From Pseudomonas aeruginosa PAO1 (GTDB taxonomy: Bacteria > Pseudomonadota > Gammaproteobacteria > Pseudomonadales > Pseudomonadaceae): a DNA stretch of 64,000 nucleotides. Where the stretch lies: the NCBI RefSeq assembly GCF_000006765.1, contig NC_002516.2; one strand, written 5' to 3'. The position numbers and the translations under genes were made by a program. This document shows, one piece after another, positions 32,558 to 43,690 of this stretch; position 1 is the stretch's first letter; each line of letters opens with the position of its first letter. Under the pieces are notes generated by a model. It was not told the DNA's origin, ran no database searches, and saw nothing but the letters and a program-made list of their open reading frames with translations.

Positions 32558-33397
32558 ATGGCGGTCATCGGGCGTTTCAATTCACTGCAGGTGGTCAAGC
32601 ACACGGAGTTCGGGCTCTATCTCGACGGTACCCAGCACGGCGAGATCCTCCTGCCCAAGCGCTATGTGCCGAAGGACCAGCCCAGCGAAGTGGGCGACTG
32701 GCTCAACGTGTTCATCTACCTGGACAGCGACGACCGCCTGATCGCCACCACTCAGACGCCCAAGGTCCAGGTCGGCGGTTTCGCCAGCCTGAAGGTCGTG
32801 GAGATCAACCGGATCGGCCTGTTCCTCGACTGGGGCCTGCCCAAGGACCTGCTGCTGCCGCATTCGGAAGAAAAGCGTCCGTTGCAGGTCGGCGACTACT
32901 GCGTGGTCTACGTCTACCTGGACAAGCGCACCAACCGCATCACCGCCACCGCACGCCTGGACCGCCAGTTGGACAACCTGCCGCCACGCTACAGCGTCGG
33001 CCAGGCGGTCGACCTGCTGGTGGTGGAGCGTACCGAGATGGGCTTCAAGGCGATCATCGAGGGCAAGCACTGGGGCCTGATCCACAAGAACGAGGCGTTC
33101 AAGTTCCTCCGCAGCGGCATGCGCGAACAGGGCTACATCAAGGAATTGCGCGCGGACGGCAAGATCGCCCTTAGCCTGCAGCCGGTCGGCGCCGAGGCCG
33201 CCGTCGAGCTGAGCCAGCAGATTCTCGCCCGGCTGCTGGAGGCCGGCGGCAGCCTGCCGCTCAGCGACAAGAGTTCGCCGGAAGATATCCACCGGCTCTT
33301 CGGGGTCAGCAAGGGGACCTTCAAGAAGGCCATCGGCGGCCTCTACAAGAAAGGCCTGATCCTGATCCATCCGGAACGCATCGAACTGCCGCGCTGA
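32558..33397 (+). CDS. cvfB: CvfB-family S1 RNA-binding protein
   Basis: 279 aa; GLFLDWGLPKDLL, SKGTFKKAIGGLYKK. Confidence 0.88.
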   Translation: MAVIGRFNSLQVVKHTEFGLYLDGTQHGEILLPKRYVPKDQPSEVGDWLNVFIYLDSDDRLIATTQTPKVQVGGFASLKVVEINRIGLFLDWGLPKDLLLPHSEEKRPLQVGDYCVVYVYLDKRTNRITATARLDRQLDNLPPRYSVGQAVDLLVVERTEMGFKAIIEGKHWGLIHKNEAFKFLRSGMREQGYIKELRADGKIALSLQPVGAEAAVELSQQILARLLEAGGSLPLSDKSSPEDIHRLFGVSKGTFKKAIGGLYKKGLILIHPERIELPR

Positions 33398-33406
33398 GGT
33401 TTCCGC

Positions 33407-33781
33407 TCAGGGCTGGAGGAACGGGGCGAAGTCCAGGCCAGCGCCGCCGGGGCGGACGTCGCGCAGGCGCTTGCCGGGGTCCGCGCTCAGCTCCAGGCTG
33501 AGGGTCGGCCGGCGGGCGTTCTTGTCGCGCAGTTCCAGGCTGTCCTGCTGCTGGCGAAGGAAACCGGTGGGCACCTTCAGGTGCTCCACTGCATCGCCGG
33601 CCGGGTTCGCCAGCAGCAGGTTGAGGAACTTGCCGGCCTTCAGTTGGCTGAGCGGAATATCGAACCACCAGACGTTCTTGCTCTTGTTGAAGCGGGCGAG
33701 CAGGGTGTTGCCGGCATCCAGCACGGACATGCCCAAGGCCTGGTTGAGCTGTGCGATGGCTGCCGCTTTATCGAGTTTCAT
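33407..33781 (-). CDS. Hypothetical protein, 124 aa
   Basis: AGGA SD and typical codon usage; no family recognised. Confidence 0.7.
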   Translation of the reverse strand: MKLDKAAAIAQLNQALGMSVLDAGNTLLARFNKSKNVWWFDIPLSQLKAGKFLNLLLANPAGDAVEHLKVPTGFLRQQQDSLELRDKNARRPTLSLELSADPGKRLRDVRPGGAGLDFAPFLQP

Positions 33782-33887
33782 GGAGTTTCCTGACGGGCCG
33801 CGCCGGCCGGGATGGCGGGCGGGTAGCCGGATATTCTAGCAGCCGGAGGGACGCCGCAGGACCTGCGCGGTGCGCAGGCCCCGCCGC

Positions 33888-34442
33888 TCAGACCATCCGC
33901 CGGAACTGCCGCCAGCGTTGCTGCCAGCCCAGCAGCAGCGGAGAGACCGCGGGGCCGGTGCCGGCGTCCTGCAGGCGCGGGTGGTGGCTGACCACGTTGA
34001 CCAGGATCGGCTCCTGGGCGTTCTTCACATCGACGAAGAACAGGTGCTGCCCCTGGTGCAGGCGTTCTTCGAAGGGACGGAAGGCGCGGTTGGTGCGCTG
34101 CAGGCCGAAGAAGCTGCCTTCCCACAGGCAGAACGCGCAGAGCATGGCGCCGAGGAAGATCACCGGAATCCAGCCGGCGGCGGTTTCCGTCCAGCCGCTG
34201 GCATAGGCGAAGGCCACGGCGACGATGGCCAGGACGAGGCCGACCAGCAGGCCGACACGGCCGGAGCGGACCACATCCTTCTTCATGAACGGAGAGACTT
34301 CGTGCAGATGGCGCTGGCCGGTCTCCGCGTCCTTTTCGCTGAGGACGTGGATCTGCTCGGTGGCGATGCCGCTGGCTTCCAGTTCGGCTTCGAGCCGTTC
34401 CAGCTCGTCGAGGTTGTCGCTGATGTAGTAATGCCGGTTCAT
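33888..34442 (-). CDS. Hypothetical membrane protein, 184 aa
   Basis: GGGAGG SD then MNRHYYISDNLDEL; two TM helices. Confidence 0.75.
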   Translation of the reverse strand: MNRHYYISDNLDELERLEAELEASGIATEQIHVLSEKDAETGQRHLHEVSPFMKKDVVRSGRVGLLVGLVLAIVAVAFAYASGWTETAAGWIPVIFLGAMLCAFCLWEGSFFGLQRTNRAFRPFEERLHQGQHLFFVDVKNAQEPILVNVVSHHPRLQDAGTGPAVSPLLLGWQQRWRQFRRMV

Positions 34443-34716
34443 GGCATGCCTCCCATCGTCTGACGGCCTGTTCCTTGGGCGAACAGGCAAAGGTCGATAC
34501 CCCCTGTCGGTGAATCCCGGAGCACCCGCAAGCGGCAGGTCGGCCGGGATTGTCGGTTTCTTGCGCAGCATTCAGTCTAGCATCCGCGGCAGCGGCGGCC
34601 GGTACGCCGGTCTGCTGGCTTCTTCCTTCAACATAGGCCGGAAGCGGGGTAGTGGCGGGGCCGGGCGATGGACGGGCCAGGTACGGGTGGGCCGTACGCA
34701 GCCCGCGAGCGCAGGA

Positions 34717-35223
34717 TTACTCGGCGGGAACGATGATGGCGACGCGGCGGTTCTCGCTGCGGCCGGCGCGGGTCTTGTTATCGGCCACGGGCTTGCTCAT
34801 GCCAAGGCCGCGGACCTCGATGTTGGCCGCCGGCATGCCGGCTTCGCGGAATACCGCGGCCACCGATTCGGCGCGCCGTTCGGAGAGCTTTTGATTGTAG
34901 CCTTCGTCGCCGTAGTTGTCGGTGTGGCCTTCCAGGCGGACCTTGTCGATGTCTACCGCGAGCAGGGCGCGGGCGATCTTGGTCAGGGTGTTGCGGCTGT
35001 CGGGATTGAGACGGTCGAGATTGTTGCCGAACAGCACCTTGCTCGACATGCCGAACTCCCAGCCTTCGTCGCGGAGTTCGAAGCCCTGCTCCTGGAGCAC
35101 GGCGATCTGCTCGGCGCTCAGGCCGGTCTGCGGCGGCTTGGTCTGGCAACCGGCCAGGCCCAGCACAAGGCTGAACAGGGCGAGGGCGAGCAATCTACTT
35201 GGGTGGAGCCTCTGGGGTAGCAC
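34717..35223 (-). CDS. yfiB: OmpA-like outer-membrane lipoprotein YfiB
   Basis: LAGC lipobox; EGHTD, NQKLSERRA, NRRVAI OmpA motifs. Confidence 0.96.
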   Translation of the reverse strand: MLPQRLHPSRLLALALFSLVLGLAGCQTKPPQTGLSAEQIAVLQEQGFELRDEGWEFGMSSKVLFGNNLDRLNPDSRNTLTKIARALLAVDIDKVRLEGHTDNYGDEGYNQKLSERRAESVAAVFREAGMPAANIEVRGLGMSKPVADNKTRAGRSENRRVAIIVPAE

Positions 35224-36502
35224 TGTCTATCTCCTTTTCTTCCTGAAGGATGCGGGGGTCGTTGAGTTCCGCCAGGCGCCGGCTGCCGCGGGCCTGGCGC
35301 TTGGCGATGTACATCGCCATGTCGGCGTCGTGGAGCAGCGCCGCCGGGGTATCCGCATGCTCGGGATAGAGGGCGATGCCGATGGTCAGTGAGGTACTCA
35401 CAGTGCTGCCGTCGCTGAGCCGGATCGGCGCCTGCATGCTGGCGATGATGTTGTCGGCGATGCGCAGGGCGTCGGCGCCGGACGCCAGCGGTGCGAGCAG
35501 GACGGCGAATTCGTCGCCGCCCAGGCGCGCCACCAGGTCGCTTTCGCGCAACTGCCCACGGATGCGCATGGCGATGTTGACCAGCACGGTGTCGCCGGCG
35601 GCATGGCCGAGGCGGTCGTTGATCTCCTTGAAGCGGTCGCTGTCGATGAACAGCACCGCCAATTGCTCGCGATGCTCGTTGGCATCGCGCAGCGCCCGGC
35701 TCAGGCGGCCTTCGAAGAAGGCGCGGTTGGGCAGGCTGGTCAGGCTGTCGTGGTGGGCCTGGTGCGCCAGCGAGGCGTTCTCGTCCTGCAGGCGCGCCTG
35801 CCAGGATTCGAGTTCGTCGAGCAGGGCGTTGAAGTCCTCGCCCAGTTGGCTCAGCTCGGCGATGCCGGCTTCCGGTACGCGCTTCTCGAAATCCCGTTCG
35901 CGGCGCACGGTATGCGCGACCTTCGCCAGTTGGTCGAGCGGGCCGACGATACCGCGTACCAGCCGCCGCGACAGGTAGAAGGCGCCCAGGGCGGTAAGCA
36001 GCAGGCACAGGACCATGCCGGCGAAACCGGTGAGCAGGAAGCGCAGCAGGCTGCCGCCGGAGCCCTTCACCTCCACCGAACCGATCTTCTGGCCGTCGTG
36101 CAGGATCGGTTGTTCGGTCGGCGCGCTGAGCAGCCAGTGCGCCAGTTGCTGTTCCAGCAGGTGCAGCGGCCCGGTGCTTTCCCGATGCCAACTGGCCAGG
36201 GTCTGTCCCTGGCGGTCGTAGACGATGGCGCTGGAGACCTCTTCGCTGGAGGCGATCAGCGCCAGGGACTCCTCGGCGGCCTGGGCATCGCCGAAGACCA
36301 CCGCGGCCTCGACGGTATAGCTGATGGAACGGGCGATCAGTTGCTGGTTGGGGTCGGCATAGGCGCGCAGGGTCAGCAGGCCGACCAGGGTCACCGCCAG
36401 CCCGGCGGTGAATACCGCGACCAGCGCCACGCCCAGGTGCGCGCGATAGAGCACCCGGCGCAGCGATGGATTGGAACCCGTATAGCGACGACGACGGTTC
36501 AT
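35195..36502 (-). CDS. tpbB: Diguanylate cyclase YfiN (TpbB), 435 aa
   Basis: TM-PAS-like-TM-HAMP-GGDEF architecture; RLGGDEF; start overlaps the yfiR stop (TGATG). Confidence 0.96.
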   Translation of the reverse strand: MNRRRRYTGSNPSLRRVLYRAHLGVALVAVFTAGLAVTLVGLLTLRAYADPNQQLIARSISYTVEAAVVFGDAQAAEESLALIASSEEVSSAIVYDRQGQTLASWHRESTGPLHLLEQQLAHWLLSAPTEQPILHDGQKIGSVEVKGSGGSLLRFLLTGFAGMVLCLLLTALGAFYLSRRLVRGIVGPLDQLAKVAHTVRRERDFEKRVPEAGIAELSQLGEDFNALLDELESWQARLQDENASLAHQAHHDSLTSLPNRAFFEGRLSRALRDANEHREQLAVLFIDSDRFKEINDRLGHAAGDTVLVNIAMRIRGQLRESDLVARLGGDEFAVLLAPLASGADALRIADNIIASMQAPIRLSDGSTVSTSLTIGIALYPEHADTPAALLHDADMAMYIAKRQARGSRRLAELNDPRILQEEKEIDSATPEAPPK

Positions 36503-37074
36503 CACGGAGTGGCCTGCCGCCTTGCCAGTTTCAATACGCTCGGGTGCACGCGTACGCCGCTGCGGGCGATGGAGTCGAGATTGGCCTCGAAGGTGATGCG
36601 CGGGCCGCCGACGTTGAGGCAGAACATGCTGCCGACGCTGCATTCGGTGCCGCGCTCGCTGATGGACAGCACCGGATGCCCGGCCAGGCTGCGGAACACC
36701 TGCTGGCGCTCGCGCTCGTCGACCACTCCGAGGTAGATCACGTTGCAGAGCGTGCCGAGGTCCGGGTTGTCCACCGCGCGGCGTTCCGCATGCACGCGCC
36801 TGCCATTGGCCTGCACCATGCCGCGGAGCAGGCCGTCGGCGTACTCGGTCGGTCCGACCACGCAGAGTTGCAGGACCGCCGGCTCCTTCGGCCAGCGCAC
36901 GTAGCTGAATATGCCCAGCAGAACCTGGCTGACCGCATTGCTGCGTTGCTCGATCGACGTCCGTGCGTCGTCCGCCCACAGGCCTCCGCCGCCCAGGCAG
37001 GAAACCGCCAGGACCAGGCAGGCCAGGGTGCGCCTGTAGAGGTCGAGGGGCTGCAAGGTGGGCAACGAAGGCAA
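36502..37074 (-). CDS. yfiR: Periplasmic repressor YfiR, 190 aa (TTG start)
   Basis: LLGIFSYVRWP, LSISERGTECSVGSMFCL, VHPSVLKLARR. Confidence 0.95.
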   Translation of the reverse strand: MPSLPTLQPLDLYRRTLACLVLAVSCLGGGGLWADDARTSIEQRSNAVSQVLLGIFSYVRWPKEPAVLQLCVVGPTEYADGLLRGMVQANGRRVHAERRAVDNPDLGTLCNVIYLGVVDERERQQVFRSLAGHPVLSISERGTECSVGSMFCLNVGGPRITFEANLDSIARSGVRVHPSVLKLARRQATP

Positions 37075-37283
37075 AAAGGTTTCCTCCAGGAAAACGTAGC
37101 GGGGTGGCACGACTGGCCAGTGTAGTCGGTGTGCGGCGAATATTACCGGATGTGCCGGGAAAGAAAGCCGTTCGGTGTCAAATCAATGGCGCAATTGCCG
37201 GAGATGGAAGCGCTTTGCGTCTTGTCCTGTCTGGTTTTCTGGCTGAGCATGTAGGGCGTTACTGACCTTTATCAGGGGGCGGC

Positions 37284-37822
37284 ATGATCCGGGAAATCCT
37301 CAAGATGGGTGACGAGCGCCTGTTGCGTATCGCGCAGCCGGTGCCGTCCGAACTGTTCGGCAGCGAGGAGCTGCAACGGCTGATCGACGACATGTTCGAA
37401 ACCATGCATCACGTCGGCGGGGTAGGGCTGGCCGCGCCGCAGATCGGCGTCGACCTGCAGCTGGTGATCTTCGGTTTCGAGCGCAGCGAGCGCTATCCGG
37501 ACGCCCCGGCCGTGCCGCCGACCATCCTGCTGAACCCGCGGGTCACCCCGCTGGACGACGAGATGGAAGAGGGTTGGGAAGGCTGCCTGTCGGTGCCGGG
37601 GTTGCGCGGCGCGGTATCGCGCCATCGGCGCATCCGCTACCAGGGCCTGGACCCGCAGGACAGCCGATCGACCGCAGCGTCGAAGGGTTCCATGCGCGGG
37701 TGGTGCAGCACGAGTGCGACCACCTGATCGGCCGCCTGTATCCCTCGCGAATCACCGACTTCAGCAAGTTCGGCTTCACCGAGGTGCTGTTCCCCGACCT
37801 GGACCCCGCCGCGGACGATTGA
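37284..37822 (+). pseudogene. def: Second peptide deformylase, frameshifted by one missing base near 37657-37659
   Basis: Motifs [10 protein letters not shown] and EGCLS are in ORF 37284-37727; QHECDHL is in another frame (37574-37822). Adding one G restores a 179-aa protein. Confidence 0.85.
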
Positions 37823-37855
37823 GCGGTTGCGCCTGCGGCTCTGCTCCGGCCTGGC

Positions 37856-37987
37856 TCAGCTCCGCGATGGGGTGCCGAGCGGCGCCGCCGGAGCGTGTTT
37901 TTTCGCTCGTTTCGCCAGGCGTTTCTCCTGGGCGGTTTTCAGCGGTTTCCTACGAGTTTCCTTCTTCGCGTTCAGTCCCTTGCTCAT
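37856..37987 (-). CDS. Small basic protein, 43 aa, below the ORF-track cutoff
   Basis: GGAGGTG SD 8 nt before ATG; MSKGLNAKKETRRKPLKTAQEKRLAKRAKKHAPAAPLGTPSRS. Confidence 0.72.
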   Translation of the reverse strand: MSKGLNAKKETRRKPLKTAQEKRLAKRAKKHAPAAPLGTPSRS

Positions 37988-38119
37988 GGCGTTCACCTCC
38001 CCAGGCAGCACCTGCGTGGCGCGCCGGATGGCCGATGGCGTCCGCGGCGCCGGACGGCGGCGGACGCTTCCAGCATAATGCGTGGCGCAGCGCCCGGCGC
38101 GGGCGGCGATCGACGGCGC

Positions 38120-38440
38120 TCAGCGCAACTGGCGTTGTGCGGTGATTTCCGGCAGGTCCTGGCGGCGCAGATAGACCAGTAGCGGCTCGCCGATGTTCAG
38201 TCGTTCGTTGATGTTCTGTTCCAGCAGGATCTGCAACTGCTCGCGGCCCAGGCGCATGACGTCGTCGCGTACCGAACTCCAGACGAACTCGCTGGTGGGC
38301 GTGATGCTGTCGTCGGCTACGTCCATGCCGAAGGAGTCTTCGCTGAAACGCACGATGTAGCGGCCGGTCTTGCGGTTGAAACCGACGAACCCCTTGAGGG
38401 CATCGGCGGCCTGGCAGATGTCGGTGGATGTGATGCTCAT
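38120..38440 (-). CDS. DUF2025-family protein, 106 aa
   Basis: GGAGG SD; GFVGFNRKTGRYIVRFSEDSFGMDV motif. Confidence 0.8.
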   Translation of the reverse strand: MSITSTDICQAADALKGFVGFNRKTGRYIVRFSEDSFGMDVADDSITPTSEFVWSSVRDDVMRLGREQLQILLEQNINERLNIGEPLLVYLRRQDLPEITAQRQLR

Positions 38441-38670
38441 GCGGAACCTCCCTGAACGTTCCTGTTTCTCTGGGCGCACGCATGATCGGCGGCGCCCCCG
38501 TTCTGCGGCGGGGGTCGCTGGTGCCGAGCGGGGTATTCTGCCAGTTGCCGCCGCCCGGGGAAGAGGGGGGATCGCGAACGGTAGTGGGACGGATTGTCGC
38601 GACCTTGGTTAAACCGCCGCCACGCGCTAGGCTCGGGGTTCGCAGCCGACCGAGTGGAGAACAGCGCCAG

Positions 38671-40167
38671 ATGCCAGGGGCCGTGGATTTCAAGGAGCGG
38701 ATATCCCGCCAGCGTCCGCATGACAGGGAAACCTACGGACATGCCGGGAATACCGATCTGCAAGACATCGTCTACCAGTTGGAAAGCGACCGCGGGCGCA
38801 TCGTCAATTCCGCCGCCGTGCGTCGCTTGCAGCAGAAGACCCAGGTCTTCCCGCTGGAGCGCAACGCGGCGGTGCGCAGCCGCCTGACCCATTCCCTGGA
38901 AGTGCAGCAGACCGGGCGTTTCATCGTCCGCACGCTGTTCCGCCAACTGGGCCCGCGTGCCGCGGAGGTCGGCCTGGACGGGCTGGAAGGCGCGCTGGAA
39001 AGCCTGGTGGAAATGGCCTGCCTGATGCACGACGTCGGCAATCCGCCGTTCGGTCATTTCGGCGAGTACGCCATCAACGACTGGTTCGAACGCAACCTCG
39101 ACGCCCTGTTCGAGCGCCGCATACCGCCGGGCCAGGGCGACGGCCTGTTGCAGCAGCGCATGCTCACCGACCTCAAGCACTTCGAAGGCAACGCCCAGGC
39201 CATCCGCCTGGTGGTGAAGCTGCTGCGCCTGAACCTCACCTACACGCAGACCGCCGGCCTGCTCAAGTACGTGCGCCCGGCCTACGAGCCGAAGCCGGAC
39301 AAGGCGGCGGCGAACCACTACCTGAACAAGAAGCCGGGCTTCTATCTTTCCGAGGAAGCCTTCGTCGACGAACTGCGCCGAGTCCTCGGCATGCGCCCGG
39401 GCACTCGCCACCCTGTGGCCTACATCATGGAAGCGGCCGACGATATCTCCTATTGCCTGGCCGATATCGAAGACTCGGTGGAAAAAGGCATCCTCGACAT
39501 CCGTCAATTGGCGGATCTGCTGGTGAAGAAGTTTGCCGTCCACCATTCGCCGGACGCGCCGATTCCCGGCGACGCGGACAACATGAGCTTCCAGCGGATG
39601 GTCGACTACTCGCTGGAAAAGGCCGAGCGGGAGCCGATCAACAAGGTCAGCGAATTCTTCATCCGCCTGCGGGTGAAAATGATCCACCCGCTGGTCCAGC
39701 ACGCCGCCCAGCAGTTCATCGACAACTTCGAAGCGGTTCATGCCGGCACCCTCGGCCGCGCGCTGATGGAGGACGGCAGCCTGCCGCACGCCATCGTCCA
39801 GACGTTCAAGGACGTGGCCATGGAATGGGTGTTCTGCCATCCGGAGGTGGAAACCCTGGAATTGCAGGGCTACCGCATCATTCAGGGGTTGCTGGATTTC
39901 TACGCGCCGCTGCTGCGCCTGCCGGCCGAGGAGTTCCAGGCCCTCGCCGAAGGTCGCCAGGCCGCCGCGCCGCATCCGCAACTGCTGGTTCGGCGCCTGC
40001 CGAGCCAGCAGATCAAGGCTTACCTGGAGGCCATGAAAGGTGTGGCGGAGGACCCGTTGCAGCGGCAGTGGGAGTTCTACCACCGCTGCCGCATGCTCCA
40101 GGATTTCGTCAGCGGCATGACCGACCAGCATGCCCAGGACGAATACCGCGCGTTGTCCGCGCTGTAA
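38671..40167 (+). CDS. dgt: dGTP triphosphohydrolase, 498 aa
   Basis: RRLQQKTQVF, RSRLTHSLEV, MHDVGNPPFGH HD motif, EAADDISY, DFVSGMTD. Confidence 0.96.
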   Translation: MPGAVDFKERISRQRPHDRETYGHAGNTDLQDIVYQLESDRGRIVNSAAVRRLQQKTQVFPLERNAAVRSRLTHSLEVQQTGRFIVRTLFRQLGPRAAEVGLDGLEGALESLVEMACLMHDVGNPPFGHFGEYAINDWFERNLDALFERRIPPGQGDGLLQQRMLTDLKHFEGNAQAIRLVVKLLRLNLTYTQTAGLLKYVRPAYEPKPDKAAANHYLNKKPGFYLSEEAFVDELRRVLGMRPGTRHPVAYIMEAADDISYCLADIEDSVEKGILDIRQLADLLVKKFAVHHSPDAPIPGDADNMSFQRMVDYSLEKAEREPINKVSEFFIRLRVKMIHPLVQHAAQQFIDNFEAVHAGTLGRALMEDGSLPHAIVQTFKDVAMEWVFCHPEVETLELQGYRIIQGLLDFYAPLLRLPAEEFQALAEGRQAAAPHPQLLVRRLPSQQIKAYLEAMKGVAEDPLQRQWEFYHRCRMLQDFVSGMTDQHAQDEYRALSAL

Positions 40168-40180
40168 GCGGAGGAGCGAG

Positions 40181-40933
40181 ATGCGCGCTGTCGTCGAACT
40201 GCTCGCCGGCGCCCGCCGCCTGGTGATCTTCACGGGCGCCGGGGTGTCGGCGGAAAGCGGGATTCCCACCTTCCGCGATGCCCTTGGCGGTCTCTGGGCG
40301 CGCTACGATCCGGCGGCCCTGGCCACGCCCGCGGCCTTCGCCGACGATCCCGCGCTGGTCTGGGGCTGGTACGAGTGGCGCCGCCTGAAGGTGCTGGGTG
40401 TCCAGCCGAATCCCGCGCACCGGGCGATTGCCGCATTGAGCGGACGAATCGCCAACACCCGGCTGGTCACCCAGAACGTCGACGACCTGCATGAACGCGC
40501 CGGCAGCCGCGACGTCCTTCACCTGCATGGCAGCCTGCACGCGCCGCGTTGCGCAACCTGCGCGGCAGCCTACCGGGACGCCTTGCCCGATTCGGTCGAG
40601 CCGGAAGAGGGACGACGGATCGAGCCGCCGCGTTGTCCGGCCTGCGGCGGACAGGTCCGGCCGGGCGTGGTCTGGTTCGGCGAGGCGCTGCCCGAGGCGG
40701 CGCTGCGCGAGGCTTTCGCCGCGGCCTGCGAGTGCGACCTGTTGCTCAGCGTCGGCACTTCCGGCGTGGTGCAGCCGGCGGCGCGGATACCCGGACTGGC
40801 GCTGGAGCACGGTGCCAGCGTCGTGCATGTGAACCCGCAACCGGTGCGCACCCGCCATCCGCGCGAACACTGTCTCGTCGGTCCGGCTGGCGAGGTGCTG
40901 CCCGAACTGTTGCGCCGGGCGTTTCCCGGCTGA
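40181..40933 (+). CDS. cobB: NAD-dependent protein deacylase (class III sirtuin), 250 aa
   Basis: GAGVSAESGIPTFR, TQNVDDLHERAG, HGS, Zn cysteines, RPGVVWFGE. Confidence 0.93.
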   Translation: MRAVVELLAGARRLVIFTGAGVSAESGIPTFRDALGGLWARYDPAALATPAAFADDPALVWGWYEWRRLKVLGVQPNPAHRAIAALSGRIANTRLVTQNVDDLHERAGSRDVLHLHGSLHAPRCATCAAAYRDALPDSVEPEEGRRIEPPRCPACGGQVRPGVVWFGEALPEAALREAFAAACECDLLLSVGTSGVVQPAARIPGLALEHGASVVHVNPQPVRTRHPREHCLVGPAGEVLPELLRRAFPG

Positions 40934-40939
40934 GGCGGC

Positions 40940-41527
40940 TCAGCCCTGGGACGAGCCGAAGAGGATCACCGCGGAACCGATCAGGATCAGCAGCCAGTAG
41001 AGCGCGCCGAGCACGATGAACAGCAGGTTGTAGCCCGAATAGCCGGCGTTGCCCGTGCCCTGCGGGTCGCCGCTGGCGAGGTTGGCCTGGCGCTGGATGT
41101 TGCGCATCGGGATCAGCGGCGTGAGCAGCAGCAGGAGCGAGGGCAGCGAGTAGGGCTCCAGCGCGGGGACCACGTCGGTGAGATGGCTGATCAGGTTCGC
41201 CGCGACCGTCAGCAGCACCGCCCAGGTCGCATCCTCGCTCGGGCTCCATAGTGCCTGGCGCTCTTCCGGCAGGGCCTGGTGGATCCGCCGGGCGAGGGCG
41301 TGGAAAAAGAAGATGCCGAAGATCGCCCGCCATACCGGGCTGATCCGCCGCTCCATCTGCGGTTGCTGGGCCTTCCAGTGCTTGTACATCCAGTACACGC
41401 CGTACAGCCCCAGGGTGACGAGGAAGAGCACGCTCATCTTGCCCAGGGAAGTGACGAAGAAATGCGCCCGCTTCGCGCCGCGGGTTTCCACCAGGGGCGC
41501 TTCCGGGGTCTTGTAGACGTTTTCCAT
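40940..41527 (-). CDS. Hypothetical membrane protein, 195 aa
   Basis: ENVYKTPEAPL N-terminal motif; LGLYGVYWMYKHW; about 4 TM helices. Confidence 0.75.
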   Translation of the reverse strand: MENVYKTPEAPLVETRGAKRAHFFVTSLGKMSVLFLVTLGLYGVYWMYKHWKAQQPQMERRISPVWRAIFGIFFFHALARRIHQALPEERQALWSPSEDATWAVLLTVAANLISHLTDVVPALEPYSLPSLLLLLTPLIPMRNIQRQANLASGDPQGTGNAGYSGYNLLFIVLGALYWLLILIGSAVILFGSSQG

Positions 41528-41620
41528 AACTGATCCGGCAGTCCTTGAGAAAAACCGCCATTTTGCCTTCCGCCGCTCCGTCAGGCCAGCGGCCAGGGGC
41601 GTGCCGCCCCGGCCGTCCGA

Positions 41621-42610
<990 letters not shown>

Positions 42611-42690
42611 GGAAATACTCCTGCAGATCGGGAAAACGCTTGCCGGCAATGCGCTCGGCGGCACGGAGCGATTACTCTAGATCACCCGAG

Positions 42691-42707
42691 ATTGAATGTG
42701 GCTCAAT
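42691..42707. promoter_or_regulatory. LTTR recognition box between the AKR and LysR genes
   Basis: ATTGA-N7-TCAAT perfect dyad containing T-N11-A. Confidence 0.7.
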
Positions 42708-42744
42708 GCTGCATTGACCTCCGAGAACTGCCAGGAGCCCTGGA

Positions 42745-43656
42745 ATGCCGGCTTTCACCCGTTCCGAACTCGCCGACCTGAACGTCTTCATGACCATCGT
42801 CCGGCGCCGCAGCTTCCGTCACTCAGCCCAGGAGCTGGGTGTCAGTACCTCGGCGCTGAGCCACAGCATGCGCAATCTCGAGGCGCGGCTCGGGGTGAAG
42901 CTGCTTAACCGTACCAGCCGTTCGGTGGTGCCGACCGATGCCGGTAGCGCGCTGGCGGCCAAGCTGGAGGATGGTTTCCAGGTGATCGGCGAGGCGCTCG
43001 GCGAGCTCGATGCCTATCGCACCTCGCCGGTGGGCCGGCTGCGCCTGAACGTGCCGCGCGATGCCTCGCGGCTGCTGCTGGGGCCGGTCCTCAGGCGCTT
43101 CACCGAGGCGTATCCGGACCTGCAACTGGAACTTTCGGTGGAGGACCGCATGGTCGACATCGTCGCCGACGGCTACGACGCCGGCATCCGTTACGGCGGC
43201 ACGGTGCCCCAGGACATGGTCGCGGTGCCATTGACCGGGGAGCTGCGCTGGGTGGTGGCCGCGTCGCCCGATTACCTGGCGCGCCACGGCGTGCCCCAGC
43301 GGCCGGACGACCTGTTGCGGCACGCCTGCATCCGCATGCGCCTGGGCGACAACTCGTTCTACAAATGGGAACTGGGCGACGGCGAGCGGATGGTCGAGGT
43401 CGACGTGCCCGGCCCCTTCAGCGTCAACGAAAGCAATACGGCGGTTGCCGCGGCCCTGGACGGTGTCGGCCTGGCCTACTGCCTGGAGGTGGGAATCGCC
43501 GAGGAGCTGCGTAGCGGCCGGCTGCAACTGGTATTGCCGGACTGGACCTCGATGGGCGCGCCGTTCTGCCTCTACTATCCGAGCCGACGCCAGCCGCAAC
43601 CCGGCTTGCGCCAACTGATGGAAATGATCCGCGGCGACTGGCTGGGACGTGCCTGA
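42745..43656 (+). CDS. LysR-family regulator, 303 aa
   Basis: [33 protein letters not shown]; divergent from the AKR gene. Confidence 0.95.
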
Positions 43657-43690
43657 ATCGACCTCCCGCCACATCTTGCAAGGAGCCCCC

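Noticed and set aside
38671-40933. dgt plus sirtuin as a bona fide anti-phage system
   Set aside because: The sirtuin is an intact class III CobB-type deacylase with Zn cysteines, not a defence SIR2 NADase, and the context is not a defence island. Kept only as a low-interest finding.
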